DNA of 64,000 nucleotides from Bacilli bacterium (GTDB lineage Bacteria; Bacillota_I; Bacilli_A; RF39; UBA660): NCBI GenBank assembly GCA_017513865.1, contig JAFWMN010000008.1, positions 15,232 to 79,231 of the forward strand, read 5' to 3'. Shown piece by piece: positions 30,457 to 39,502 of this stretch (position 1 is its first letter; each line of letters starts with the position of its first letter). The notes under the pieces were generated by a model. It saw only the letters and a program-made list of their open reading frames with translations, ran no database searches and was not told where the DNA came from. The position numbers and the translations under genes were made by a program.

Positions 30457-31278
30457 ATGGAAAAATATCAAGAAATAGAAAGAAGTATTATTAAAACTTA
30501 TAGAAAAGATATATGGAGTAAATTTAGTAAAGCTGTTAGAGACTATAGTTTAATAAATGAAAATGATAAAATTATGGTATGTATTAGTGGTGGTAAAGAT
30601 TCATTTTTGCTGGCTAAATGTATGGAAGAACTTCAAAAACATGGTAAAGTTAAATTTGATATAGAGTATGTCATAATGAATCCTGGGTATAGTAAGGATA
30701 ATTTAAAATTAATTATAAAAAATGCGAAAATTTTAAATTTGAAAGTTCAGATATTTGATACTGATATTTTTGAAGTTGCAAATAAACTTAATCCGGAAAG
30801 TCCTTGCTATATGTGCGCAAGGATGCGTAGAGGACATTTATATAATAAAGCCAAAGAACTTGGATGTAATAAAATAGCTTTAGGTCATCATTTTGATGAT
30901 GTTATTGAAACAACGTTACTTTCTCTTTTCTATGGTGCTGAAATTAAAACAATGATGCCGAAACTTTATAGTGAAAATTTTCCGGGGTTAGAACTTATAA
31001 GGCCTATGTATTTAATAAAAGAAAAATCAATTATTTCTTGGGCTAAACACAATGATCTTAAATTTTTAAATTGCGCTTGTAAATTTACAGAAAAAAATGA
31101 TTTTGATGATGGAAATAGTAAGAGAAAAGAAATGAAAAAATTAATCAAAGAATTACAAAAAAGTAATAGTGATATCGATTATAATATATTTAAAGCGTTG
31201 GATAATGTTAATTTAAATTGCGTTTTAGGAATAAAGAAAGATGGAAATTATAAAAGCTTTTTAGATGACTATAAATAA
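30457..31278 (+). CDS. ttcA: tRNA 2-thiocytidine biosynthesis TtcA family protein
   Basis: SGGKDS PP-loop, CYMCARMRRG, GHHFDD, LIRP. Confidence 0.85.
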   Translation: MEKYQEIERSIIKTYRKDIWSKFSKAVRDYSLINENDKIMVCISGGKDSFLLAKCMEELQKHGKVKFDIEYVIMNPGYSKDNLKLIIKNAKILNLKVQIFDTDIFEVANKLNPESPCYMCARMRRGHLYNKAKELGCNKIALGHHFDDVIETTLLSLFYGAEIKTMMPKLYSENFPGLELIRPMYLIKEKSIISWAKHNDLKFLNCACKFTEKNDFDDGNSKRKEMKKLIKELQKSNSDIDYNIFKALDNVNLNCVLGIKKDGNYKSFLDDYK

Positions 31279-31331
31279 TATTTGTTTTTTTAAAAGTTTA
31301 TGTTAATATTAAAGTGAAAGGGTTGATAATT

Positions 31332-32216
31332 ATGTCAAAAGTATATTTTACAAAAGAAATTACTCCTCAAAGTTTAATGAAAATTTATGAGGCTTTGGGA
31401 GTAGAATTAAAAGGCAAAGTTGGTGTTAAAGTTTCTACTGGGGAAGCTGGTTCTAAAGGATATTTAAAAGCATATTTAATTGGTCCATTTGTTCAAAAAT
31501 TAAATGGAACTATTATTGAATGTAATACTGCTTATCCCGGTAAACGAAATACAGCTGAAGAACACTTAAAAGTAGCTGAAGAACATGGATTTACTTCTTT
31601 TGCTGATGTTGATATTATGGATGGTGACGGTGAATTTAAAATTCCTGTTTTAAATGGTAAACATTTAAAATATGATTTGGTTGGTAAGAATTTTGAAAAA
31701 TATGATTCAATAATTAATTTAGCTCATGGTAAAGGTCATGCAATGGGTGGATTTGGCGCCAATCTTAAAAATCAATCTATTGGTATTGCTTCAAGAAACG
31801 GTAAAGCTTATATTCATTCATGCGGTCAGACTGATGATCCAGATAAGTGCTGGAGCGTAAAATATGAGCAAAGAGACTTTATAGAATCTATGGCCGAAGC
31901 AGCTAAAGCAGTTAGTGATTATCTAAAAGATAATGGTAAACAAATTATTTATATTACAGTTATGAATGCAATTTCAGTAGACTGTGATTGTGATGCTCAT
32001 CAAGGAGATCCTGTTATGGGTGATTTAGGAATTATTGCTTCCTTAGACCCAGTTGCTAATGACCAAGCATTTATCGATATGCTTTGGAATTCTACTGATC
32101 CAGGTCATACAAAAATGATGGAAAGAGTAGACAGGCAGGAAGGAAGGCATATAACTGAATATGCTGAAGATCTTGGTTTAGGATCTACTAAATATGAACT
32201 TATAAATATTGATTAA
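31332..32216 (+). CDS. DUF362 domain putative Fe-S protein
   Basis: ECNTAYPGKR, HGKGHAMGGFG..KN, DCDC, ASLDPVA.DQA. Confidence 0.8.
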   Translation: MSKVYFTKEITPQSLMKIYEALGVELKGKVGVKVSTGEAGSKGYLKAYLIGPFVQKLNGTIIECNTAYPGKRNTAEEHLKVAEEHGFTSFADVDIMDGDGEFKIPVLNGKHLKYDLVGKNFEKYDSIINLAHGKGHAMGGFGANLKNQSIGIASRNGKAYIHSCGQTDDPDKCWSVKYEQRDFIESMAEAAKAVSDYLKDNGKQIIYITVMNAISVDCDCDAHQGDPVMGDLGIIASLDPVANDQAFIDMLWNSTDPGHTKMMERVDRQEGRHITEYAEDLGLGSTKYELINID

Positions 32217-32340
32217 ACTTTATAATTTTTTATAAAGTTTTTTTATTTTAAAAGGAAATAATAAAAGCGCCCAGTATATTAATATATGAGGGCGCAAGCT
32301 AGGTAAGCCTCTTTAAAGGGGGTGATGCATATGGAGGAAT

Positions 32341-32406
32341 ATGGAATACTTAATTATTCTTGTTATCGTTTTAGTTATTCTAAAAGATACACCTCTAAAA
32401 AAATAA
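32341..32406 (+). CDS. Candidate type I toxin peptide 1 (21 aa, not in ORF track)
   Basis: GGAGG RBS; MEYLIILVIVLVILKDTPLKK; sits in a structured mRNA with 5'-3' pairing. Confidence 0.65.
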   Translation: MEYLIILVIVLVILKDTPLKK

Positions 32407-32464
32407 AAAAACCTAGCTATTAACTAGGCTAAACCAAATTGAGGTTTGCCTGGTGGCACCCTCT
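32405..32464 (-). ncRNA. Candidate antisense antitoxin RNA 1 (approximate ends)
   Basis: Minus-strand promoter at 32471..32499; CCTAG/CTAGG hairpin (32412..32428) followed by T-run on minus strand. Confidence 0.5.
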
Positions 32465-32470
32465 AAATAT

Positions 32471-32499
32471 TTTATAGCATATTCCTCATATTTTTTCAA
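32471..32499 (-). promoter_or_regulatory. Convergent sigmaA promoter (antisense RNA 1)
   Basis: TTGAAA-17-TATAAA with extended -10 TG on minus strand. Confidence 0.6.
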
Positions 32500-32526
32500 G
32501 TATTATTTGTTAAAGAAGGTGATTTT

Positions 32527-33204
32527 TTGGAAATTTTAAGGGTAAATAATTTAAGTAAAAAATATGGTAAAGGTGAAAACGAATTTTTGGCTTTAAAAAA
32601 CATTAATTTTAGTATTAATAAGGGTGAATTTGTTTGTATTACTGGTAAGAGTGGGTGCGGTAAAAGTACTTTAATTCATTTACTTGCTGGATTAGATAAA
32701 CCTTCTAGTGGGGAAGTTATTATTAATAATCAAAATATTTATAAATTATCTTTAGATGATTTAACTATTTTTAGAAGAAAAAATATCGGAATTATTTACC
32801 AATTTTATAATTTAATACCTAATTTAAATGTTAAAGAAAATATATTGCTTCCTTTATTTTTAGATAAGAGAACTATTAGTGAAAAAAGATTTAATAATCT
32901 TATCAGCGTTTTAGGAATTAATAGTAAATTAAAAAGTATGCCTAATGATTTATCTGGTGGTCTTCAGCAAAGAGTAGCTATTGGAAGAGCTTTAATAAAC
33001 AAACCTAAAATATTATTTGCGGATGAACCAACAGGTAATTTAGATAGTAAAAATAGTATGAAAGTTATGAGACTTTTAGAATTTTATAATAAAAAATTTA
33101 AACAGACTATTGTCATGGTAACACATGATGATTTATTAGCTAGAAGATGTCACCGAAATATAATTATGAAAGACGGAAAGATTATAAATGACATACGTAA
33201 ATAG
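32527..33204 (+). CDS. ABC transporter ATP-binding protein (LolD/MacB type)
   Basis: GKSGCGKS, LSGGLQQR, ADEPTGNLD, VTHD. Confidence 0.93.
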   Translation: MEILRVNNLSKKYGKGENEFLALKNINFSINKGEFVCITGKSGCGKSTLIHLLAGLDKPSSGEVIINNQNIYKLSLDDLTIFRRKNIGIIYQFYNLIPNLNVKENILLPLFLDKRTISEKRFNNLISVLGINSKLKSMPNDLSGGLQQRVAIGRALINKPKILFADEPTGNLDSKNSMKVMRLLEFYNKKFKQTIVMVTHDDLLARRCHRNIIMKDGKIINDIRK

Positions 33205-35107
33205 TTATATTTTAAATAGTAAAAAAAGAAATGTTTTTAGTATTATAGGTATTATTTTAAGTTCTATTTTACTTATTAGTGTTGGAATATTATTTTCGTC
33301 TTTAAGAGAATATTTAATTAATGAAGTTAAAAGTGAAATAGGGGATTATCATGTAATTATTAATGGTGAAGTTAATGATTATGATTTTATTTTAAATAAA
33401 AAATACAAAAACAAAAGATATTATGTTACCTATAAAAATATATACAAAGTATATGAAAATACGAGTAAAATATGTGATGGTAAATGCACTAGTATAACTT
33501 ATAACGAAAGCCTTCTTTCATTATATGGGCTATCACAAAACAAAAACATTTTAAGTACTTTTAAAAAAATCCTTTATTTTTTGGCGTTTGTTTTAAGCAT
33601 TATTATATTTTTTATAATCTATAATTCTTTTGAAGCTAATTTAAATAATAGAAATAAAGATATAGTTTTATTTAAATTTGCTGGAATGAATAATAATGAA
33701 CTATATAAATTATTTTTTAAAGAAGCTTTAATAATTGGTTTTTGCGGTCTTATTATAGGTTTTATTTTTTCTCTTTTTATAAACTGTATTTTTTTAAAAA
33801 TTATTAATAATTTACTTTATGAAATTTTTAGGGGCAAATTATTTTTGAAAATTTATTTTCCTTTTATTTTTATTCCTTTTTTATTTATGCTTTTGATTAT
33901 TCTTTTTTCTTCATTTTTGCCATTAAGAAATATTAAAAAGTATAATGTTATGGCTCTTTTTAGGAAAAAAGATGATATTAATAATGTCAGTGTTAAAATT
34001 ACTGGTAATTTTGTTTTATGGCTTACTAAAATAAATTATTTAAGAAGTAAAAATAAATATAAAAGTATAATTCTTTCTGTTTTTATTTTAATTTTTTCTA
34101 TAAACATATTTACGTTAACTTTAAAATATGGACTTGAATGTATTAATAAATTTGTAATTATGCCAGAATATGATTTAAAAATTAGTTTAAATGGTGATAG
34201 TAAATATTTAAATAAAATATCTAATGATTTAGATTCTAAGCAAAAGATTATATTTAGATCTTGTGATATGGATGTTAATATTTCTAAGAAAAATTTTATA
34301 AATGATTATAAAAAAAACATTAGTACTACTATTACTGATATTGGAGGAAATAATATTATTAATAAAGTTAACAAAGTATCTTTAGTAAATAATAGATTAA
34401 CGCATTTGAATTATAATCGTTTTAAAAATTTAAAGGAAATTAATTTTGATGATATAAAGATAAGTAATCTTTCATTAACAAATAAAATACCTTTTGGATT
34501 TAAAGATTCTAATAATTTAGTTATTAATTTAGATGAAATTAATTTTAATAAGGTGTGCCCAGAATATATAAATAATTTATATTTAAAAACAGATTATAGA
34601 GGAATTGACAGTTATTTAGATAAAATAATTAAAAAAAACAAACTTGATATAGTTTATATTAATGTTAAAAAAGCTAAAGAAATAACAAATAATTTAGTTT
34701 TAATAATTGAAATCTTTTTATATAGCATCCTTCTTTTTATATTCTTAGTTATGATTTCTGCGGTTATAAATACTATATCAATTAATATAAGTTATAGAAG
34801 TAGAGAATTAGCTAGTTTTCAAAGCTTTGGTTTAGAATCTAAAAAAATAATTTTTAGTTTATTTTTAGAAAGTTTAATAATAGGTTTTAAAGGATGGTTT
34901 TATTCTATTCCATTTATATTTATAATTAATAAATATTTATATACTGGTATTAAAAAAATATTCGATTTTAATAAAATAATTTTAAATTTAGATACTTTAT
35001 TTTTTAGTTTAATTTTATCGGTTATTACTATTTTTGTAGTTATGATGATTAGTTATAAATTTTTAAATAAAAATAGTTTAATTTATAATATAAAAAATGA
35101 AATTTAA
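33188..35107 (+). CDS. FtsX-like ABC transporter permease
   Basis: Two FtsX-type TM repeats (RNKDIVLFKFAG; RSRELASFQSFG); overlaps the ATPase gene. Confidence 0.82.
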   Translation: MTYVNSYILNSKKRNVFSIIGIILSSILLISVGILFSSLREYLINEVKSEIGDYHVIINGEVNDYDFILNKKYKNKRYYVTYKNIYKVYENTSKICDGKCTSITYNESLLSLYGLSQNKNILSTFKKILYFLAFVLSIIIFFIIYNSFEANLNNRNKDIVLFKFAGMNNNELYKLFFKEALIIGFCGLIIGFIFSLFINCIFLKIINNLLYEIFRGKLFLKIYFPFIFIPFLFMLLIILFSSFLPLRNIKKYNVMALFRKKDDINNVSVKITGNFVLWLTKINYLRSKNKYKSIILSVFILIFSINIFTLTLKYGLECINKFVIMPEYDLKISLNGDSKYLNKISNDLDSKQKIIFRSCDMDVNISKKNFINDYKKNISTTITDIGGNNIINKVNKVSLVNNRLTHLNYNRFKNLKEINFDDIKISNLSLTNKIPFGFKDSNNLVINLDEINFNKVCPEYINNLYLKTDYRGIDSYLDKIIKKNKLDIVYINVKKAKEITNNLVLIIEIFLYSILLFIFLVMISAVINTISINISYRSRELASFQSFGLESKKIIFSLFLESLIIGFKGWFYSIPFIFIINKYLYTGIKKIFDFNKIILNLDTLFFSLILSVITIFVVMMISYKFLNKNSLIYNIKNEI

Positions 35108-35131
35108 TGCAGGAAATGTGTCATTATTCGC

Positions 35132-35161
35132 TTGATATCATAAATGACGATATGTTATAAT
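35132..35161 (+). promoter_or_regulatory. sigmaA promoter for toxin-2 mRNA
   Basis: TTGATA-18-TATAAT with extended -10 TG. Confidence 0.65.
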
Positions 35162-35216
35162 TTGTGCAGGGAATATTTAACAGTTTGAGTGCTTACCTCC
35201 GAAAGGAGGTGGTGAT

Positions 35217-35291
35217 ATGTCTAAGAAAGATTTTTTAATCTTATCTTTAATCATTATCATCATTCTACTTATTATTCTATTATTAAAATGA
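35217..35291 (+). CDS. Candidate type I toxin peptide 2 (24 aa, not in ORF track)
   Basis: AAAGGAGGTG RBS held in ACCTCC-GAAA-GGAGGT hairpin; MSKKDFLILSLIIIIILLIILLLK. Confidence 0.75.
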   Translation: MSKKDFLILSLIIIIILLIILLLK

Positions 35292-35306
35292 TAATGAATT
35301 TTAAAA

Positions 35307-35413
35307 TGAAAAGCACTCAATCTAGACTAGATTAAGTGCACACCCATGAGGTGAGTACTCAACATTGTGGCGTTAAGTATTCCCTTTTTTATTATATGAG
35401 GTTTCCCTCATCT
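35307..35413 (-). ncRNA. Candidate antisense antitoxin RNA 2 (approximate ends)
   Basis: Minus-strand promoter at 35420..35448; hairpin GCACTCAATCTAG/CTAGATTAAGTGC (35313..35339) followed by T-run on minus strand. Confidence 0.55.
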
Positions 35414-35419
35414 ATATAC

Positions 35420-35448
35420 ATAATAACATAAAAAAGAGATTTTTTCAA
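35420..35448 (-). promoter_or_regulatory. Convergent sigmaA promoter (antisense RNA 2)
   Basis: TTGAAA-17-TATTAT with extended -10 TG on minus strand. Confidence 0.6.
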
Positions 35449-35549
35449 TTTTTTGTATAAATATAAACATATGACAAGTAAAGGTACTTTTAGTACCTTT
35501 TTTCATATTATTTAAATAATTATGGTATAATTAAGTGTAGGTGATTATA

Positions 35550-36638
35550 ATGCGTGCAATAATTAGTGCAGGTGGTACTGGGGGACATATTTATCCAGCT
35601 CTTGCTATCATAAATAAAATAAAAGAAATGGAACCTGACAGTGAATTTTTATATATAGGAACACATAATAGAATGGAAAAAGATATTATTCCCGAAAAAG
35701 GTATTCCTTTTAAGTCTATTGAAATATATGGATTTAATAAAAAAAATTTATTTAAAAATTTTAAAACAGTTAAGTGTTTATTTAAAGCTTTTAGTGATGC
35801 TAAAAAAATGATAAAGGAATTTAATCCTGATATTGTTATTGGAGTTGGTGGTTATGTTACAGTTCCAGTAATAGTAAGTGCAAAAAAATTAGGTTATAAG
35901 ACATTTTTACATGAACAAAATAGTTTACCTGGAAAAAGCAATAAATTTTTAATTAAATATTCAGATTTAATTGGAGCTTCTTTTCCTTCTTCTTTAGATT
36001 TACTTCCAAAAGATAAAACAATACTTACTGGTAATCCTTGCTCTGAAGATGCTTTAAAGAAAAAAGAGGCTAGCAAAAAAGATTTGGGATTATCTGATAA
36101 TAAAAAATTAGTTTTAATTGTTATGGGATCTTTAGGAGCAGGTAGAGTAAGTAATTATATGAAAGAGGAGCTACCTTTATTTGAAGGAAAAGATTATGAA
36201 GTTTTATTTATTACAGGTAAAGGCTCTTATGATAAGGTGATGGAAAACAAGTATCCTAGTAACGTTAAAATATTACCTTTTTATGAAGGACTTCCTAGTA
36301 TAATGAAGAAAACGGATTTAATGGTAACGAGAGCTGGGGCTTCTACTTTATCAGAGATTATTGCTTTAAAAGTTCCTTCAATTATAATTCCGTCACCTTT
36401 TGTAGCTAATAATCATCAATATATAAATGCTTTGGATTTAGTAAAAAAAGATGCGGGCGTGATGATTGAAGAGAAAGATTTGAAAAAAGGTATTTTAATT
36501 AAAAAAATTGATGAATTAATCAATGATGATAATAAATTAAATGAAATGAAAAATAATTTGAGTAAATTACAAGTTAAAGATAGTGCTTATATAATATATA
36601 AAAATTTGAAAGGTTTAGTAGATGGAAAAGATAAGTAA
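35550..36638 (+). CDS. murG: Lipid II N-acetylglucosaminyltransferase MurG
   Basis: GGTGGHIYPA, GGY, HEQN, GNP, GSLGA, RAGAST, HQYINA. Confidence 0.96.
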   Translation: MRAIISAGGTGGHIYPALAIINKIKEMEPDSEFLYIGTHNRMEKDIIPEKGIPFKSIEIYGFNKKNLFKNFKTVKCLFKAFSDAKKMIKEFNPDIVIGVGGYVTVPVIVSAKKLGYKTFLHEQNSLPGKSNKFLIKYSDLIGASFPSSLDLLPKDKTILTGNPCSEDALKKKEASKKDLGLSDNKKLVLIVMGSLGAGRVSNYMKEELPLFEGKDYEVLFITGKGSYDKVMENKYPSNVKILPFYEGLPSIMKKTDLMVTRAGASTLSEIIALKVPSIIIPSPFVANNHQYINALDLVKKDAGVMIEEKDLKKGILIKKIDELINDDNKLNEMKNNLSKLQVKDSAYIIYKNLKGLVDGKDK

Positions 36639-37470
36639 TGCTTTAATTAAAGATTATACAACTTATAAATTAGATGGATTTATTAAAGAAATTGTTTTTC
36701 CTAAAGATGTTTTAGAGTTAAAAGAACTTTTGGAAAGTCTTAAAGGAAAAAAATATAAAATTATTGGAAACGGTTCTAATTTAATTTTAGATGAAAGTTA
36801 TGATGGGGTTTTAATAAATCTTAAATATTTTAACAATATAGAGTTTAATGATAATATTGTAAAAGTAGGGGCTGGATACAGTCTTCCTAAGTTTGCTTTA
36901 GAGTGTGCAAATAAAGGACTATCTGGTTTAGTTTTTGCAGCTGGTATTCCTGGTACTATAGGTGGAGCTATTTATATGAATGCAGGAGCTTATGGTAAGG
37001 AAATAAGTGATATTTTAGAAAGTGTAACCGTTTTGGATGATAATCTTAATGTTAAGGTTTTAACTAAAAATGAGTTAGAGACTAGTTATCGTGACTCTAT
37101 TTTTAAGCATACAAATTATGTTTGTTTAGAGGCTATATTTTGTTTAGAATACGGAGATAAAGAAACAATATTAAAAGAAATTAGAGAAATAATAGAAACT
37201 AGGAAAGCTAAACAACCTTTGGAATATCCTTCAGCAGGTTCAGTATTTAAAAATGGGGAAGGTTATTCAGCAGGCAGATTAATAGAAAAAGCTGGTCTTA
37301 AAGGTACTAGAGTAGGCGATGCAGAAGTTTCTTTAAAGCATGCTAATTTTATTGTTAATAGAGGAAACGCTAAGGCTTTGGATGTTATTAATTTAATAGA
37401 TATAATAAAGAAAAAAATAAAAGAAGAAGATAATGTCGATTTAATACTTGAACAAGAAATTTTAAAATAA
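36622..37470 (+). CDS. murB: UDP-N-acetylmuramate dehydrogenase MurB
   Basis: GNGSNL, GIPGTIGGAIYMNAGAYG, PSAGSVFKN, HANF. Confidence 0.96.
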   Translation: MEKISNALIKDYTTYKLDGFIKEIVFPKDVLELKELLESLKGKKYKIIGNGSNLILDESYDGVLINLKYFNNIEFNDNIVKVGAGYSLPKFALECANKGLSGLVFAAGIPGTIGGAIYMNAGAYGKEISDILESVTVLDDNLNVKVLTKNELETSYRDSIFKHTNYVCLEAIFCLEYGDKETILKEIREIIETRKAKQPLEYPSAGSVFKNGEGYSAGRLIEKAGLKGTRVGDAEVSLKHANFIVNRGNAKALDVINLIDIIKKKIKEEDNVDLILEQEILK

Positions 37471-37484
37471 AAAGGTGGAAATAT

Positions 37485-38147
37485 ATGGCAAAAAAAAGGA
37501 AATTAAAAAAGAAAAAACTATTAAAGTTTGTTATTACTGTTATTATAATTCTTTTAGGGATTTCTTTTTTGACTGATGTTAAAATAAATAATGTGGTAGT
37601 TAAAGGTAATATTCTTTATAGCGATTATGAAATAATAGAGAAAGCTGGATTAAGTAATTATCCTAGTAGTTTAAAAACTTTTTCTACTAGTATCCGTAAA
37701 AAACTTTTAAAAGATTCTTATATTAAAAAAGTTAAGGTTCAAAGAAAAGGTCTTAAAAAAGTAATTATTGATGTTGATGAAAATTTGCCATTGTTTTATT
37801 ATTTGCCGGCTGAAAAGACGATATTAACTGATAAAACTGAAGTTGATGATAATTTCCCAGTACCAACGGTAATAAATTATGTTCCAGATAAAATATATGA
37901 GATGCTTTTAAATGAGATAGCTGATCTTAACTATGATATAGTTAAAAGAATTTCTGAAATAAAATATGATCCAAATGAAGTTGATGATGAAAGATTTTTA
38001 TTTACGATGAATGATGGTAATTATGTTTATTTAACTTTAGAAAGATTTGATAAGGTTGATAAATATTTAGAAATTATAAAGTCATTTGATAATAAAAAAG
38101 GTATTCTTTATTTAGATTCTGGAGAATATTTTGAAGTTAAAGGTTAA
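37485..38147 (+). CDS. divIB: Cell division protein DivIB/FtsQ (short)
   Basis: Basic N-terminus, TM helix, POTRA-like region, MNDGN motif; between murB and ftsA. Confidence 0.85.
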   Translation: MAKKRKLKKKKLLKFVITVIIILLGISFLTDVKINNVVVKGNILYSDYEIIEKAGLSNYPSSLKTFSTSIRKKLLKDSYIKKVKVQRKGLKKVIIDVDENLPLFYYLPAEKTILTDKTEVDDNFPVPTVINYVPDKIYEMLLNEIADLNYDIVKRISEIKYDPNEVDDERFLFTMNDGNYVYLTLERFDKVDKYLEIIKSFDNKKGILYLDSGEYFEVKG

Positions 38148-38260
38148 AGTTTATGAATTCATAAACTTTTTTTATTAAAAAAAGTTAATTTTCTTTACAT
38201 TTTCTTTTTATTTTAGTAAAATTATAGTATAATTAATGGTAGACCGTAGGAGGTGGATTT

Positions 38261-39490
38261 ATGGAGCATGTATATGCGAGTATTGATATTGGTAGTGACT
38301 CTATTAAAGTAGTTGTTTGCGAACTATATAACAATCACTTAAATTTACTTGCTGCTACAAGTGTACCTTCTAAGGGAATAAAAAAAGGATTAATTGTTGA
38401 ACCTAATTTAGCTAAAGAATCTATAATAAAAGCTTTAAAAGAAACAGAAGCGATGCTTGGAGTTAGAATTAGAAAGGTTATCGCAACTGTTCCTTGTCAT
38501 TTTGCTGATTATAGAATTATAAAAGGTGAATGTAAGGTGGCTTCTGATTTAATAACAGGCAGTGACATGATAAATTCTTATAAAGCTGGTATCAAGAAGG
38601 AACTTGCTTTAAATGAAGAATTTGTGACAGTTGTTCCTATTGATTTTAAAATCAATGGTAAAACAGTAATTAAGGATCCTAAAAATTTCCCTGGTCAAAC
38701 ATTAATGGGCAGAGCTATGATGATAACAGTACCTAAAAAAAATGTTTATTCAGTTGCCAGTGTAATTGAAAGTATTGGTGTTGAACTTTCGGATATTTCT
38801 TTAGGAAGTGTTGGCGATATTAACTGTTTCAAAAGCAAAGAATTAGATGATAGTATTAGTGCGGTTATTAATATCGGTGGGGATATGACAACAATTTCTT
38901 TATATAATAAAGGAATACCTGTTAGTACTAAAATTATTGGCTCTGGTGGTAAAGATATCGATAAAGATTTGTCATATATGTACCATATAAGCATGGAAGA
39001 TGCTAGAAAAATAAAAGAAAATTTTGCTTTAGCTCATAAGAAAAATGCTAGTAAAACAGACTATTTTGAAGTTAAAAATGTTGAAGGAAAAACAGTAAAA
39101 ATAAGTGAATATCATGCTGCTGAGGTGGCTAATTCAAGAATAGTAGAAATATTAAATACAGCAAAAAATGAGTTAGGGGGCTTAACAAATAAACAAATTC
39201 AGTATATAATAGTTACAGGTGGGGTAAGTAACATGCGTGATTTTGAATATGCATTAAATGATGTTATGTTATCCGCTAAAAAAGGCGATGTTAAACTAGT
39301 TGGCCTTAGAAATAATAAATACAGTACAGCAATAGGCAATATTATTTATTTCTTAAACACATTAAAATTAAAAGGAATGGATTATTCGATGCTTAGTGAA
39401 GATGATATGGGAATGCTTTCTTCACCAAATAAAAATAGCAATGAGGAGACAGTTTTAGGAAAAGTATTTGGTTACTTTTTCGGCGAATAG
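38261..39490 (+). CDS. ftsA: Cell division protein FtsA
   Basis: IDIGSDSIK, NIGG, VTGG; C-terminal amphipathic helix; precedes ftsZ. Confidence 0.93.
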   Translation: MEHVYASIDIGSDSIKVVVCELYNNHLNLLAATSVPSKGIKKGLIVEPNLAKESIIKALKETEAMLGVRIRKVIATVPCHFADYRIIKGECKVASDLITGSDMINSYKAGIKKELALNEEFVTVVPIDFKINGKTVIKDPKNFPGQTLMGRAMMITVPKKNVYSVASVIESIGVELSDISLGSVGDINCFKSKELDDSISAVINIGGDMTTISLYNKGIPVSTKIIGSGGKDIDKDLSYMYHISMEDARKIKENFALAHKKNASKTDYFEVKNVEGKTVKISEYHAAEVANSRIVEILNTAKNELGGLTNKQIQYIIVTGGVSNMRDFEYALNDVMLSAKKGDVKLVGLRNNKYSTAIGNIIYFLNTLKLKGMDYSMLSEDDMGMLSSPNKNSNEETVLGKVFGYFFGE

Positions 39491-39502
39491 GAGGAATTAC
39501 AT

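Noticed and set aside
30306-30494. 62-aa ORF from the track
   Set aside because: Alternate-frame overlap of the Cys-rich ORF at 30266, which has the strong RBS.
35217-35291. Ile/Leu-rich peptide as an ilv/leu attenuator leader
   Set aside because: The downstream gene is murG, which has its own -10 element after a separate terminator; there are no biosynthetic genes; the RBS is sequestered and a convergent promoter is present.
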